From NCBI GenBank assembly GCA_951406725.2, contig OX597823.1, forward strand, positions 62,682,001 to 62,746,000: DNA of 64,000 bases, given 5' to 3'. Position numbers and translations under genes: made by a program. Below, in pieces: positions 1 to 11,365 of this stretch (position 1 is the first letter of the stretch; every line of letters starts with the position of its first letter). This DNA comes from Octopus vulgaris. Lineage: Eukaryota. Under the pieces are notes generated by a model, which was not told where the DNA came from, did no database searches, and was given only the letters and a program-made list of their open reading frames with translations.

Positions 1-785
1 GCAAGTAGAGTCACCTGATTGATAGGCTATCAAGTGGTTGGCTGGCTTCCTGAAGTTGGTGTTGCAGATCAATAGGTTATTTGCATCACATAACTCCAGT
101 AGCTAAGTTCCCTCTTCATTTTGGGTACTAATTCCATGGCCCCCTCATGTACACCATGGAAGATACCAGGTTACTGTCCGACATGCCCATTAAAATCTCC
201 AGCCACAAAGATGTGATCATTGTCACTCATCTTTGAGGTAGCTTGCAGAAGAATATCAGAAAAGTGGTTCTTCTGTTCATTTTGTAGGCTTGTGGGTCGA
301 AGTCAGAGATAATTGTAGCTAAACTATTCTGCAAGACTAGCCTGAGCTTAAGCACTCTATCACACACCCTGACTATTTCTATGACCTTATCCACCCATTC
401 CTCTGCAAGAAGTATGCCTACACCACCTACTCCACCACTGTTCCCTTCCCAGAAGATTTTATACCTATGTGCCTTGCTTGTGAGGACCCTGGCTGAAACT
501 CCTCTCCAGCTTACCTCTTGTATACAGCATACATCAACACACCTCCGTTCAAGTATCTCTACAAACTTGTTAGACCCACATTACAATGTGCCTACATTGA
601 CAGTGCCAACTCTGAAAACTGGAAAAGGGATGTGGGAGGAAACATGGGAAGGAGAGATGTTATTCAGCACCTGAAAAGGTTTCCGTGATCATTTGATAGA
701 CATGTCACATTAGTTGTTCTTGCTTTTCACCTATCGTCATTCAAACATGTTAAAATTGTTGCCCCTACTAGAGGTGAGAGTAAGA
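1..785 (-). mobile_element. RTE-clade LINE 5' part (AP-endonuclease remnant plus 5'UTR)
   Basis: Minus strand reads RVGTVNVGTL...VDVCCIQEVSWRG. 5'UTR matches the copy at 56915. Confidence 0.85.
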
Positions 786-1638
786 AAGCATTGTAAATGA
801 AAGTGTTTTGGGCATTGTAAATATATGTATTACTGGTGCTGCAGATCTAAATATAAATATGCCAATGTTAAATTAAGTAAGTGGGCTGCTATCTGGTTGG
901 GTTAGTCCAGAGAGGGAGAGACAGTGAGGGGGTGTGCATTTTGGTTGGGTTAGTCCAGAGAGAGAAAGGAGAGGGGTCAAAATTACCAGTATAAGAGAGG
1001 AGACTACCAGAATGAGAGGGGGATTTCCAGTAAGAGAAACGGGATTTCCAGTATTGGTGGTGGGGACGGAGAAGGGTGGGTGCATCCATGAACAAGAAAG
1101 AGTCATTTTTAAGAGAAACAGTACGAAAATATTTAGCCATAGTGAGAAATTAGGAAAGGATTATTTTAGAGAGAGAGAGATTACAATTTAGAAGCAATTT
1201 GAAGAATTAATATAAATAATTACAGTTTATAAAAGTACATATTAGTAATGATGTGGGTTAGATGAATGAATGAATGAAGCAATTACGTCATAACCAATGG
1301 GAAAGTCCATCATGTCATGACTATAAATAAAAAGTTCACATCATAAGTGTGTGATTATAGTAGACAGAAACTGAAAGAAGTCCTCTCTCTCTCTCATTCA
1401 CTTTCTCTCTCTTTCTATGTGCATTATTTGTTTATATTTATGCTTCTTTGAAAAGGGTGAGATACAAACAGTTACATTGTTCTCATTTCCTCTGTCATCA
1501 AATCATAATCTAATGGCTTTGAAGCATCAAAGTTGCCCGGAATAAGATATTCCTTATTTGAAAAAAAAAAAGTAAGGGTTAGCGCCAAGAGGAACATCTG
1601 GCTGCAAAACAAAGCCTTGATAATACAGTCATCTACCC

Positions 1639-1770
1639 CAGGGGTTCTTAAGACCCCTTTTTATCTATAGACCCCTTTGATTACTATTTTATTCTGTTGG
1701 ACCCCAACAGCCAATCGATGTTTAGAAACTTCTTTCAAAATTCCTATTTTATTTTTTTCATTAACTAATG
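1639..1770. mobile_element. hAT MITE fragment, same family as 18467-18768
   Basis: Begins CAGGGGTTCT; similar to the reverse complement of the 3' end of the 18467 element. Confidence 0.55.
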
Positions 1771-2009
1771 TAGGTTGTTTGGTTTTGGATTTGTTTAGCA
1801 AGATTCTTTATGTGTGTTCATGTACTGAAGCAAATTCTGTTGTGTCTGGGGAGAGTCATTCTCTTTTAGTGCCTTATAATTTAACACACTCACTGGCAAA
1901 ATTTCCACTCATTTATTTTCCACATTTATTTTTCTAAACTTTTCATTGCGTCTTGCAACCTTTTCAGTAGTCGTTGACTTTGTCCATTATTCAAGCTGTG
2001 TTCTTTTTG

Positions 2010-2500
2010 TTTGTGCGCATGTGTGTGGGGCAGTGTGTGTGAGTGTGTGTGTGTGCATACACATGTATGTATGTATGCAAGTGTGTGTATGCATATGTAT
2101 AAATGTATGTGTGTATGTTTGCATGTATGTATTCTCCATATTTGTGTGTTTGTGTTTCTATGTGTATGTGTATGCATGTGTGTGTGTGTGTGTGTACCGC
2201 TGTCTCCTTGTGTGTGCATGTTTGAGTGTGTCTGTGTGTGTGTATGGTTTTTGTTTCTATGTACTGTGTCTGTATGTATGGATGTGTATCTCCATGTGTA
2301 GACGTGTATCTCCATATGTGTCCTTGCGTGAAGTGAAGTGTGTGTGTGTGTGTATGGTCATGTGTCTCAGTCTTCATTTGCATGTGTGTATGTGTGCTTG
2401 TCTGTTCATATTACCTATGTACCTATCCATCTGTATGTCTACCTGTTTACTTTCATATCTATTTGCCTACATACATGTGCATACACACACACACACACTT
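2010..2500. repeat. Degenerate (TG/TATG)n microsatellite
   Basis: Direct reading; source of several spurious CV/HT ORFs. Confidence 0.9.
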
Positions 2501-2599
2501 AGATTTACATAACAGCCCACTAACTATTCTACTTGCATATAAATATAAACTGTGGGTATGGGGGTATGATTATCTACAACATATATTTTCTATTAAGTA

Positions 2600-3455
2600 C
2601 TGGGGATGTTTCATTTATGAGGACGTACTCCTGTATTTATCTGAGTGTTGGGTCCTTTGGATGCTTGGATAAAATGCAGATGTCAAGTTGACCCAGATTG
2701 CCTCCATGTTGGCATGTTGGTAGAGTATGGAGGACTGGTTTTTGTCATCATATTGTCTCAAATGTTCATTTAGTCTTTCCACAATGCTCCTAGATGTCTC
2801 ATCATCATCATCATCATCATCGTCCCCTATGCATATCATGTTCATGTCATTACAAGCGCCTACTTTGCATCTTATGCTGTAGACTACATTTCTAGTTCTA
2901 CAGTTAAAGCCAGGGCTAATCTTACATACCATGCAGTTATCATTGGTGCATATGGTATTCTCAAAGGGAGTTGAGATCTGATGGAGTTCCCTGGCTTTTC
3001 AACAATTTTAATGAGTTTGATCTCCTTCAGAGCATTCCTAAATCTACGGGCTAGTTCTCCATGGGCTGTGGCCTCAACAAACATCACTCCTTGATATTTG
3101 TCAGTTTTATACCACGTGTTCACCCTGTTTGCTTCGTCACAAGTTCTTTGTATCCTATTAAGTCTTTGCTTCTATATCTGGGGCTGGTACCACTGGTATC
3201 ATTACGTATAATGTTATCTAACTGCTTCCTAGCACCCCTGTATACTTAAGCCCTATCTTTCTGATCATGTCCAGAGAATTGCATGTGGTGCATGAAGTTC
3301 TGTACATGTTTCTTCATTTCATAGGGTTTGCATAGTGAGAACACATTGTTCATTATCCTCACTATGTCTGCTATCAGTATGTTAATTTTCAAGTTGTGTG
3401 CCAAAGCTGAGTTCTTGTGAACAACATATTTCAAAGCTATGGGTTTCATGTAGAT
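2600..3455 (-). mobile_element. Penelope-like element remnant (RT C-terminus plus GIY-YIG endonuclease)
   Basis: CRTRNVVYSIRC...CIG[D-run]ETSRSIVERLNEH matches the GIY-YIG pattern VVY...YIGET.R....R..EH. Upstream VMFVEATAHGELARRFR is PLE-like. Confidence 0.8.
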
Positions 3456-3459
3456 TGAA

Positions 3460-4765
3460 CTATATAAAATGTTAGAGAAAGAAAACTGTTTCTTTGAGAA
3501 AGAGTGTGAAGATTGGGATGATGAGAAGAAAATTCACTTAATCTTGAGGAAACTGGTACCAACAGAGCATGAACAATACAGCAATTTTGTACTCTCAAGA
3601 AAACCGTCTGACATAAAGTTTAATGATACAATAGATATATTGTGTAAAATTTTCAGTGAAAAAAGCTCCTTGTTCAACACACAGTGGAAGTGTCTGAACA
3701 TAGACAAAAATAGTAACAAGGACTACATCACAAACAGGAAATGCGAGAAGTTTAAGTTGGATAAATTAAGTCCAGATATGTTCAAATGCTACATTTTAAC
3801 ACAGGGTCTAACTGCTGAAAAGGACACAGAAGTCAGAACTAGAATTCTTGAAAAGCTGGAACAAAAACAGGATGTAACCCTACAAAAAGTGTCTGAAGAA
3901 TGTGAAAGGGTACTTAAATTAAGACACGACATAGAGAAAATTGAACACAAAGGTTGTTTCCAAGTAAAACCAGTGCAGAATAGTCTGAATAGAGATAAAG
4001 TGTTTTCTAAAAAGCACAGTAAACATTAGGATATAAACCCACGTTTTGCATGTGGTGGTATGCACTGCACCTGAGGTAAAACAGTCCATTTAAAAAAGCA
4101 GAGTACTTTCATTGTGGAAATATAGGACATATTAAGAAGTGCTGTAGAATGAAAATGACAAAACATCAGAACAAAAGAAAAAAAATAAATAGTTTGTCAT
4201 CGGAAAAAAAGGGTTATACAGTAATCCCTTGCCATATCGTGATTCACCTATCACAGTTCACCTTTTACAGTTTATTATTTAAGCCTACGCCGATTCTTCC
4301 ATGGTGTTGTTTTGCATTTATAACAAAATAAATATAAACAAATTATAAAAATAATTTTAAAAAATATACAGTACAGTACTGTTTCGACTTCATGGATTTT
4401 CACCTATCGAGGGGGATTCTGGAACATAACACCCATGATAGTCAAGCGATTACTGTACAATGAACAGAAAATTCACACAGGTGAAAACTAAAAATACAAG
4501 TGTGAAATTGAAGTTCGACACAGGTAATGACATTATAAACGAAAAAGTGTGGAAACAAGTCAATAAGCCAAAATTGATTAAATCTAAAAAGGCAGCACAT
4601 GGTGTTACAAGAAAAAGATTATATTTTATCGGTGAATGCATATGTAGCATAATATTTTGAGGTCAAATGAAAAAAACTAAGATATATGTATTAAAACTTT
4701 CACTTAATTTATTTGGCACAGAGTGGAGAGAACTATTCAATTTGTGTATGTTGTGTATATGCCCA
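3460..4765 (+). mobile_element. Ty3/Gypsy LTR retrotransposon gag-protease remnant (K02A2.6-like)
   Basis: 186-aa gag-like ORF 3469-4029, decayed CCHC knuckle (CGNIGHIKKCC), aspartic protease motif KLKFDTG at ~4505. Confidence 0.8.
4219..4455. mobile_element. Tc1/mariner (Tigger/pogo-like) MITE nested in the Gypsy remnant
   Basis: TIRs CAGTAATCCCTTG / CAAGCGATTACTG with TA on both sides. Confidence 0.8.
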
Positions 4766-4899
4766 TAGCCGTTCTGTTGATAGGACACAACAATATATCT
4801 CATAAATTAAAGTTAGGATATATAACATGTGCATCCTACCATCTTTGTTATATGGAAGTGAGGTATGGGTTATTTATCATAGGCATATAAGGTAACTGG

Positions 4900-5580
4900 A
4901 ATGATACCATCAATGCTGTCTGAGAAAAATTTGGGGGATTAACTGGAAAATGGTCATTGGTAATGTGGAGGTGTTTGAGAGGAGTTGCAGAAGTATCAAG
5001 TCAATGATTCTACAAAGAAGTTTGAAGTGGCAGGGTGAACATCTGATAAGGATGAGTGATGAGAGACTGCGCAAGCAGCTATTGTATGGTGAGCTGGAAG
5101 ACGGCAGGAGACCAGTGCATAAGCCTAAACTAATATTTAAGGATTGCCTTAAAAATGCTCCAATACAGACAGGAATTGCAGTTGGTGATTGGGAAAGGGA
5201 GATACAAGACTGAGATGGGTGGAGAAAGACAGTGCATAATGGTTGTTAGGGGTTTGAGAGGGAGAGAGTGAAGTATGGGAAAATTAAGAGTGGTCTTAGG
5301 GGGAAAGAATCTGTGAAGAATGAGGGAGTGTTGCTTTTTGTGTGTGGTTTGTGGGAGGAAGTGTTTGAGTTGAGCAGCCATTAAAAATCTAACAGGAATC
5401 GACCCATGATGAACAGTGATGTAGCTATTACAATTCACAACAGGAGGTCTGAAACACATGTTAAGAGAGTGCATGCGGTGGCACCTTTTCCCTTCTGCCA
5501 GCCAGCACAGCTGTGCATTATGTAATAAAATGTGTAAAACTTTGGCTAGGCTTAAAAGTCATATAAGGGCATCACATGGC
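4900..5580 (+). mobile_element. RTE/BovB-type LINE 3' end
   Basis: LKWQGEHLIRMSDERLRKQLLYGEL...KPKLIFKDCLK, followed by Cys/His-rich C-terminal remnants. Confidence 0.75.
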
Positions 5581-5685
5581 ATCAATAATGAATTATTTCA
5601 ATAAGTCTTTTTGGCAATGGCTTTTCTTGTGTAACATGGGTGCAGCTATGATATACATGTGTGTGTGTGTGTGTGTGTGTATGTA

Positions 5686-5916
5686 TTCTTTTACTTGTTT
5701 CAGTCATTTGATTGCAGCCATGCTGGAGCACTATGTATACACATACACGTATACACATACAATGGGCTTTCTATCAACCAAATCCACGTATAAGGCTTTG
5801 GTCAGCCCGGGGGTAATAGTAGAATACATTTGCCCAAGGTGCCACACAGTGGGACTGAACCTGAAACTATGAAGTTGGGAAGCAAACTTCTTAACTACCC
5901 AGCCACAACTGTGCCT
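5686..5916 (-). mobile_element. tRNA-derived SINE family A, internally deleted
   Basis: Homologous to both ends of 6496-6905. Confidence 0.75.
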
Positions 5917-5919
5917 GTA

Positions 5920-6130
5920 TAATGGTTTCAGATTTTGACACAAAGCCAGCAATTTTAAAGGAAGGAATAAGTCAACTACATCAACCCCCAGCATTCGACT
6001 GGTACTTATTTTATCAATCCCAAAAGGATGAAAGGCAACAATGAACTCGTCAGAATTTGAACACAGGCATAAAGCCAGAAGAATGCTGTAAGGCAAACAG
6101 TGCGGTAACAATTCTAACAGTTTATTGCCT
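5920..6130 (-). mobile_element. tRNA-derived SINE family B (Nin/Deu-like central domain)
   Basis: Reverse complement contains gcctttcatccttttggg..gataaaataagtaccag. Other copies at 22130, 40214 and 41920. Confidence 0.7.
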
Positions 6131-6300
6131 TACCTGAATCTATATTGAAATTATATCTCATTCATGTTAAAATAGAAAGACAAAAAAAAAAGATACAAAA
6201 CCAATAGCAAAAACAAAAAAAAAAGATAAAAGAGAAGAAAAAAAAAAAGGCAGGATCCTTCAGTCATAGAATTTGTCAGAAATATTACAAGAGTAAATAC

Positions 6301-6357
6301 CTTCTAGAGTCTTTGCTTTCCGTCTTATTCTTCCACTTCGACGTACACCATCTGGAC
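6301..6357 (-). CDS. Third coding exon (57 nt, phase 1-1): GPDGVRRSGRIRRKAKTLE; gene probably continues beyond the left edge
   Basis: Acceptor aatacttgtag|GT, donor GAAG|gtattt. Frame-compatible with the previous exon; basic RRSGRxRR motif typical of chromatin proteins. Too short for the ORF track. Confidence 0.7.
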
Positions 6358-6495
6358 CTACAAGTATTGTTAACACAGATATGAGACAACGAACAATGAA
6401 AAGCAACAGCAGCTACAACAACAAATCATGTACAACTACAGCAGCCATTACAACAACTATTACGACATCACAACATGATTGCTATTTGTTCCACA

Positions 6496-6905
6496 GGCGC
6501 AGGAGTGGCTGTGTGGTAAGTAGCTTTCTAACTAACCTGATGGTTCCAGGTTCAGTCCCACTGCGTGGCATCTTGGGCAAGTGTCTTCTGCTATAGCCCC
6601 GGGCCGACCAATGCCTTGTGAGTGGATTTGGTAGACGGAAACTGAAAGAAGCCTGTCGTATATATGTATGTATATATATATGTGTGTGTGTGTGTATATG
6701 TTTGTGTGTCTGTGTTTGTCCCCCTAGCATTGCTTGACAAACGATGCTGATGTGTTTACGTCCCCGTCACTTAGCGGTTCGGCAAAAGAGACCGATAGAA
6801 TAAGCACTCGGCTTACAAAGAATAAGTCCCGGGGTCGATTTACTCGACTAAAGGCGGTGCTCCAGCATGGCTGCAGTCAAATGACTGAAACAAGTAAAGA
6901 GTAAA
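6496..6905 (+). mobile_element. tRNA-derived SINE family A, full length
   Basis: A box TGGCTGTGTGG, B-box-like GGTTCAGTCCC, CORE-like cttgggcaagt, internal TA/TG microsatellite, AAGAGT tail. More than 10 copies in the window. Confidence 0.9.
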
Positions 6906-6909
6906 GTGA

Positions 6910-7220
6910 AGTATAACTGGCACTTTATCGGTTACGACAACAAGGGTTCCAGTTGATCTGATCGACAGAACAGCCTGCTCTTTGAAATTAACATGCAAGT
7001 GGCTGAACGCTCCACAAACGTGTAGCTTTGACGTAGTTTTCAGAGAGATTCAGCATGACACAGAATGTGATAAGGTTGGCCCTTTGAAATACAGATACTG
7101 CTCATTTCTGTCAGATGAGTGGACTGGAGCAGCATGAAATAAAGTGTCTTGATGGGAATTGAACTCATGACCTTACAGTCACGAGCCGGATACTCTGACC
7201 GCTAAGCTATGTGCCTTCAC
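6910..7220 (-). mobile_element. tRNA-derived SINE family C
   Basis: Minus-strand head tagcttagcggtcagagt...gagttcaattccc, followed by the tgctccagtccactca domain. Confidence 0.6.
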
Positions 7221-7294
7221 CCACAGAAGTGTGCTCAAGAGTAAAGCAGAGAATAACTATGTCAGAGTCTAAAAATCCTGGATGGCTAATTTCT

Positions 7295-7663
7295 CTGTGT
7301 GCGGGCATGCATGCATGTGTGTGTGTGTGTGTTCACATGCATGTATGTGCACATGTGTGTGTGTGCATGTTTGCATGTGTGTCTATAGGTGAAATGCATG
7401 TTCCTATCTGTATGTCTGTGTATGTGAATGCATTTGCTCGGATGGAGTGTGTGAATGAGATTGGTGTGTGTGTGTATGTGTGCACATGAATGGATACATG
7501 AATAAATATGAATATATGTGCATGTTTCAATGTGTGTGTCTGTGTATGAATGTATGCATGGGTAAATGTGAATGTGTGTGTGTGATTGAATGTATATCTG
7601 ATATGCATGTATGTGTGAATACATAAGTATGACAGTGATATGTTTGAACGCACTCATTAAAAT

Positions 7664-7706
<43 letters not shown>

Positions 7707-7860
7707 AATGTTGTGTGAGAGAGAGAATGTGAATGTGAACATACATGCATGTATATGCATGTGTATGTATGAAAATGTGTTGAATGTGAAGTGCATGTAG
7801 GTGTTCATGTGTTCATAAAAGTGTATGTGCATATGAGTGTGTACACGCACACATGTTTAT
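7295..7860. repeat. Degenerate (TG)n microsatellite in an intron
   Basis: Direct reading. Confidence 0.9.
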
Positions 7861-7906
7861 CCATGTTTGCACTGCTGAAGCAAAAACAACCAACAAAAGA
7901 ACTAAC

Positions 7907-8194
7907 CTGTAGCAGACAATTCCAGGAGGCCCTCCGCAGCATTGGTCTGCTCTGTTTGTGCCAACATCTCCTGGCTCATCAGTGGAATTTCTTTGATGTC
8001 GTCAACAGCTACTGACTGGTTTTGCTCTGAAGCTGTCCACTCTTGGCTGCCATTCAGGGATATCTTTGGCAGCAAAGTATTTTCCGTTGTGCTTTCTGAC
8101 AGTAACAGGGGGAGTTCAGGAGACTCTGTAGCCTCAGCAAGAGCTGGTTCTTCAACACGAGGCTGTTTCCGAGGTCGACCACGTTTTCTTCGGC
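7907..8194 (-). CDS. Second coding exon (288 nt, phase 1-1) encoding the AT-hook G-RRKRGRPRKQ followed by an acidic linker
   Basis: Acceptor cttcttccactttcag|GC, donor ACAG|gttagt. Splicing gives PPEG-RRKRGRPRK in frame, with the canonical AT-hook core RGRP. Confidence 0.85.
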
Positions 8195-8661
8195 CTGAAA
8201 GTGGAAGAAGTACCCAAGATAAGCTCAGTATGGCAGCTGTCCTCTTATCTCCAGGCAATAATAAGCCTGTCCTTTTCCTTAATGGCAAGACAACTTAGGA
8301 GAATTCTTAATTCTTGAGATTATCTTTCCTTCCTACATGGGGCTTGTCTTAACTGCCATTTGCTAATAATGATACAACTACGAGTAAAGACAATTTCAAT
8401 AAATCAGAAATTTATGTTGTATGGCATTTGATAAACCTGTATTTGCAATATATTTAGCCAAGTTGGGAAACTGAGAGGAGAGCCTACTGTTAAGTATTTT
8501 TAATGTATAGTAAATGTGTCTTGAAGCTGGGGAATGAAACTAGATTGACATAGCAACACTGGAAGGTTGTGTTAAGAACCCTATTTATAGAGATAGTGCT
8601 AGTCTAGAGGAGTTAGTGGGAGCCTAGGTTGTGTAAGGATAAGATTCTTGCTAGGACTTAC

Positions 8662-9478
8662 CTTCTGGTGGCAGCAAGGGATAAGCACACATCTGGCCTG
8701 TCTCAGAGTTTAACATCATCACACATTTTTTACCATTAATCACCACCTCTGTCCTCTCCGTAACAGCAATAGGACATGTGAGATCGGGTTTGCGACTCTG
8801 GGCTGCAGTAGTAGAAGTAGTATCAGTAGCATCAGCAGTATCAGCAGCATTATCAGCTGAAGGATATGCTTCAGTTATCTGATTGCTCTGATCTTCAGGG
8901 AGATCTTGCTTGGCGGAACTAGCAGTACTGATAATATTTGTCAACCCCATGGGATTCAGAGTAACACCTGCATCTTCTGCTTTCACATTTCTGGGAGCCA
9001 CATTGTTGACACTAACACCCACTACTTCTGCACTCTCAGCTTCTTCATTAACAGGTTCTGCTGCAGCAACCAGAGTAGTCTGTTGTGGCAGCTGAAGGTC
9101 TTCATTCGACTCGGCCACCTGGAGTATATCCATGGACGTGCCGTCTGACACAACAGTATTGACCACTTCTGAAATATTAGCTTCCCCATCCTCAGTTTGG
9201 ACAGTGTAGTTCTGAAGGTTGTTACTGGCTGACTGCATGATGACCGGCATACCATCGGAGCCGGCCACAATCAGCCGGTTCTCGTCCACTTGAAGTGTGT
9301 CTTGTGTAAGAATATGATAGGTGCCAGGAGGTATTTGAAGAGTTCCATCCATGACTTGTTCTTGGAGGATAATCTGTGCAGCATCCTCAAGACTTATTGT
9401 CACAGTTTCTGCTGATCCCATTTCTTGACTCATGGAGCCATCAACACGGATGATACGGTTAACTTGCTGACAATCCAT
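8662..9478 (-). CDS. First coding exon of an AT-hook-containing nuclear protein (acidic, low-complexity N-terminus MDCQQVNRII...CAYPLLPPE-G); exon starts at 9493 with 15 nt of 5'UTR
   Basis: Non-repetitive open frame. Acceptor ...tcatttcag|ATT (AG at 9495-9494), ATG at 9478, donor GAAG|gtaagt (8661-8656). CDS part is 817 nt, ending phase 1, compatible with the next exon. Confidence 0.85.
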
Positions 9479-9733
9479 TTTAACTGCAGCAATCTGAAAT
9501 GATACAAATGACAAATGTATTGTAAGTGTGTGTGTATGGGAGAGAGGGGGAGAGAGAGAGAGAGAGATACACACAGAGGAAGCAGGCAGGCAGAGACATA
9601 ACTATGTGGTTTAGAAGTTCACATTACAAGCACATGTAGTACCTTGGGTAAGTGTCTTCAACTATAGCCCCAGCCTGACCAGTGCTATATGAAGGAATTT
9701 GCTAGGAAAAACTGTAGGAAGACCATTGTGCGC

Positions 9734-9764
<31 letters not shown>

Positions 9765-9999
9765 TATGTATGCCCAGGAGGATCCCTGGAGGTAGTAAAT
9801 AGCTTCTATTACCTAGGTGACCAAATTAATAATAAAGGAAGATGTTCTGGAAGTTTTCTTTCTAAGAATGAAAGGCAAGATTGTATGAAACATGGGTTCT
9901 AAAGGCAGAGTACTTACAAAAAAATTTGATATGGGCCATTTATGCATATAGATGGCCCATATCAAATTTATACGCATAAACAGCCCATATCAAATTTCA

Positions 10000-10430
10000 A
10001 CACAACATTTGGAGAGTATTTAGCCTAAAAACAATGCTATGTTCCTGTGTGTTGACTTGACTACAAACACTAATGTTTTACGACTCCTTTTTCCAAATTT
10101 AGACCATCCTATACCCCTACTTCTATTAAGTAACCCCTTCCTCTATCCTTTGCCTACTTCTCCTCACCCCTTTCTAACCTGTCTTCCACCTTTTCTCTAT
10201 TCTACTTGCATCTTTCCATCTTTCCCAGCCTACCCCAGGCACTCACAATTCCTTCAGTGTTCTGCTTTATTATAGCCAGAAATGGTTCTGATGAAAGTAG
10301 CATTAATTCATTTAGGTCGTTCAATTTTTCTCAACCGATCAATAGACCAATTGAGAAAACCTATCAGTAACATACCTATAAAGACTACTGGAAACAGCTG
10401 TAAGTCAAATTTGCTCTAATAAAGGAAGAA
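10000..10430 (+). mobile_element. Penelope-like 3' end / pseudo-LTR remnant
   Basis: WRVFSLKTM-like GIY-YIG terminus, pyrimidine tract, hammerhead motif, AATAAA at 10418. Confidence 0.5.
10281..10407 (+). ncRNA. Hammerhead-ribozyme motif (Penelope-associated type, palindromic stem III, extended stem II)
   Basis: CTGATGA 10288-10294; stem II AGTAG/CTACT (10296-10300/10385-10389); GAAA 10391-10394; palindrome ACAGCTGT; GUA triplet 10400-10402; weak stem I TGGTT/AGTCA. Confidence 0.55.
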
Positions 10431-10456
10431 TATGTAATGACCATTATTTATATATC

Positions 10457-10790
10457 GTGCCAGTGACACGTAAAAGCACCATCCGTTCGTGGCCGTTTGC
10501 CAGCTCTGTCTGGCCCCCGTGCCGGTGACACGTAAAAGCACCATCCGCTCGTGGCCGTTTGCCAACCCTGTCTGGCCCCCATGTCGGTGGCATGTAAAAG
10601 CACCATCCGTTCGTGTCCGTTGCCAGCCTCGCCTGGCCCCCGTGCCGGTGACACGTAAAAGCACCATCCGTTCGTGTCCATTGCCAGCCTCGCCTGGCCC
10701 CCGTGCCAGTGACACATAAAAGCACCATCCATTCGTGGCCGTTTGCCAGCTCTGTCTGGCACCTGTGCGGGTGGCACGTAAAAAGCACCC
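10457..10790 (+). repeat. 62-bp minisatellite (~5.3 units) within an RTE 3'-tail element spanning ~10457-11332
   Basis: Unit gtgccggtgacacgtaaaagcaccatccgttcgtggccgtttgccagc..tctggccccc repeated head to tail with no spacers. Confidence 0.9.
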
Positions 10791-10883
10791 ACTACACTCA
10801 CGGAGTGGTTGGCATTAGGAAGGGCATCCAGCCGTAGAAGCACTGCCAGATCTGACTGGGCCTGATGAAGCCTTCCAGCTTCA

Positions 10884-11250
10884 TCATCATCATCAATGTT
10901 CAACTGTGGTCGAGACAATGGAATTTACTATGTTACGCCAGACTTCACGGTCCATCATAGCATTACGGAGGTCCTGTTGCTGGATGCCTGTATCCCTGGA
11001 GATTACATCAGGGTAGGAGAGTGTGCACCCTCTGGTGTTGTGAGTAGATGGCTTCCAGAGGAGAAGAGTAGAAATTACTTCTTTTTCAGCTCTACAACAA
11101 TGTCCAGCAAACTGGACTCTCCTACCTTTCACAAGAGATGACACAGGTGGTAATTTCCCATATATTTGCATTTTGGTTGGATGGCGCCTCCACGAGAGAT
11201 TTTGAGCTCTCATAAGGAGGCGAGTGTAGGTTCCATCCAACTGCCTCTCA
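10884..11250 (-). mobile_element. 5'-truncated RTE-like LINE, young, nested in an RTE-tail element
   Basis: Uninterrupted RT C-terminal frame (LDGTYTRLL...RRVQFAGHC...DREVWR), (TGA)n tail, 7-bp TSD AGCTTCA at 10877-10883 and 11251-11257. Confidence 0.85.
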
Positions 11251-11330
11251 AGCTTCACAGACCCCAGTTGAACCGTCCAACCCATGCTAGCATGGAGAAC
11301 GGATGCTAAATGATGATGATGATGATGATG

Positions 11331-11363
<33 letters not shown>

Positions 11364-11365
11364 TT

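Noticed and set aside
890-965. Short tandem duplications (also ~39113-39180)
   Set aside because: Two-copy slippage duplications within old repeats, with no further structure.
1926-2512. Long His/Thr or Cys/Val-rich ORFs (also 7211-7850, 29610-29855, 52359-53735, 59054-59322)
   Set aside because: Translations of TG/CA/TA microsatellites.
6496-6570. tRNA gene
   Set aside because: A/B boxes are present but there is no full cloverleaf; it is the head of a multicopy SINE.
8195-8288. N-terminal extension MPLRKRTG... of the 7902-8288 ORF (and 9494-9574 of the 307-aa ORF)
   Set aside because: Lies upstream of strong splice acceptors; intronic read-through.
10457-10790. CRISPR-like array
   Set aside because: Contiguous 62-bp tandem units with no unique spacers and no cas genes; part of an RTE tail in eukaryotic DNA.
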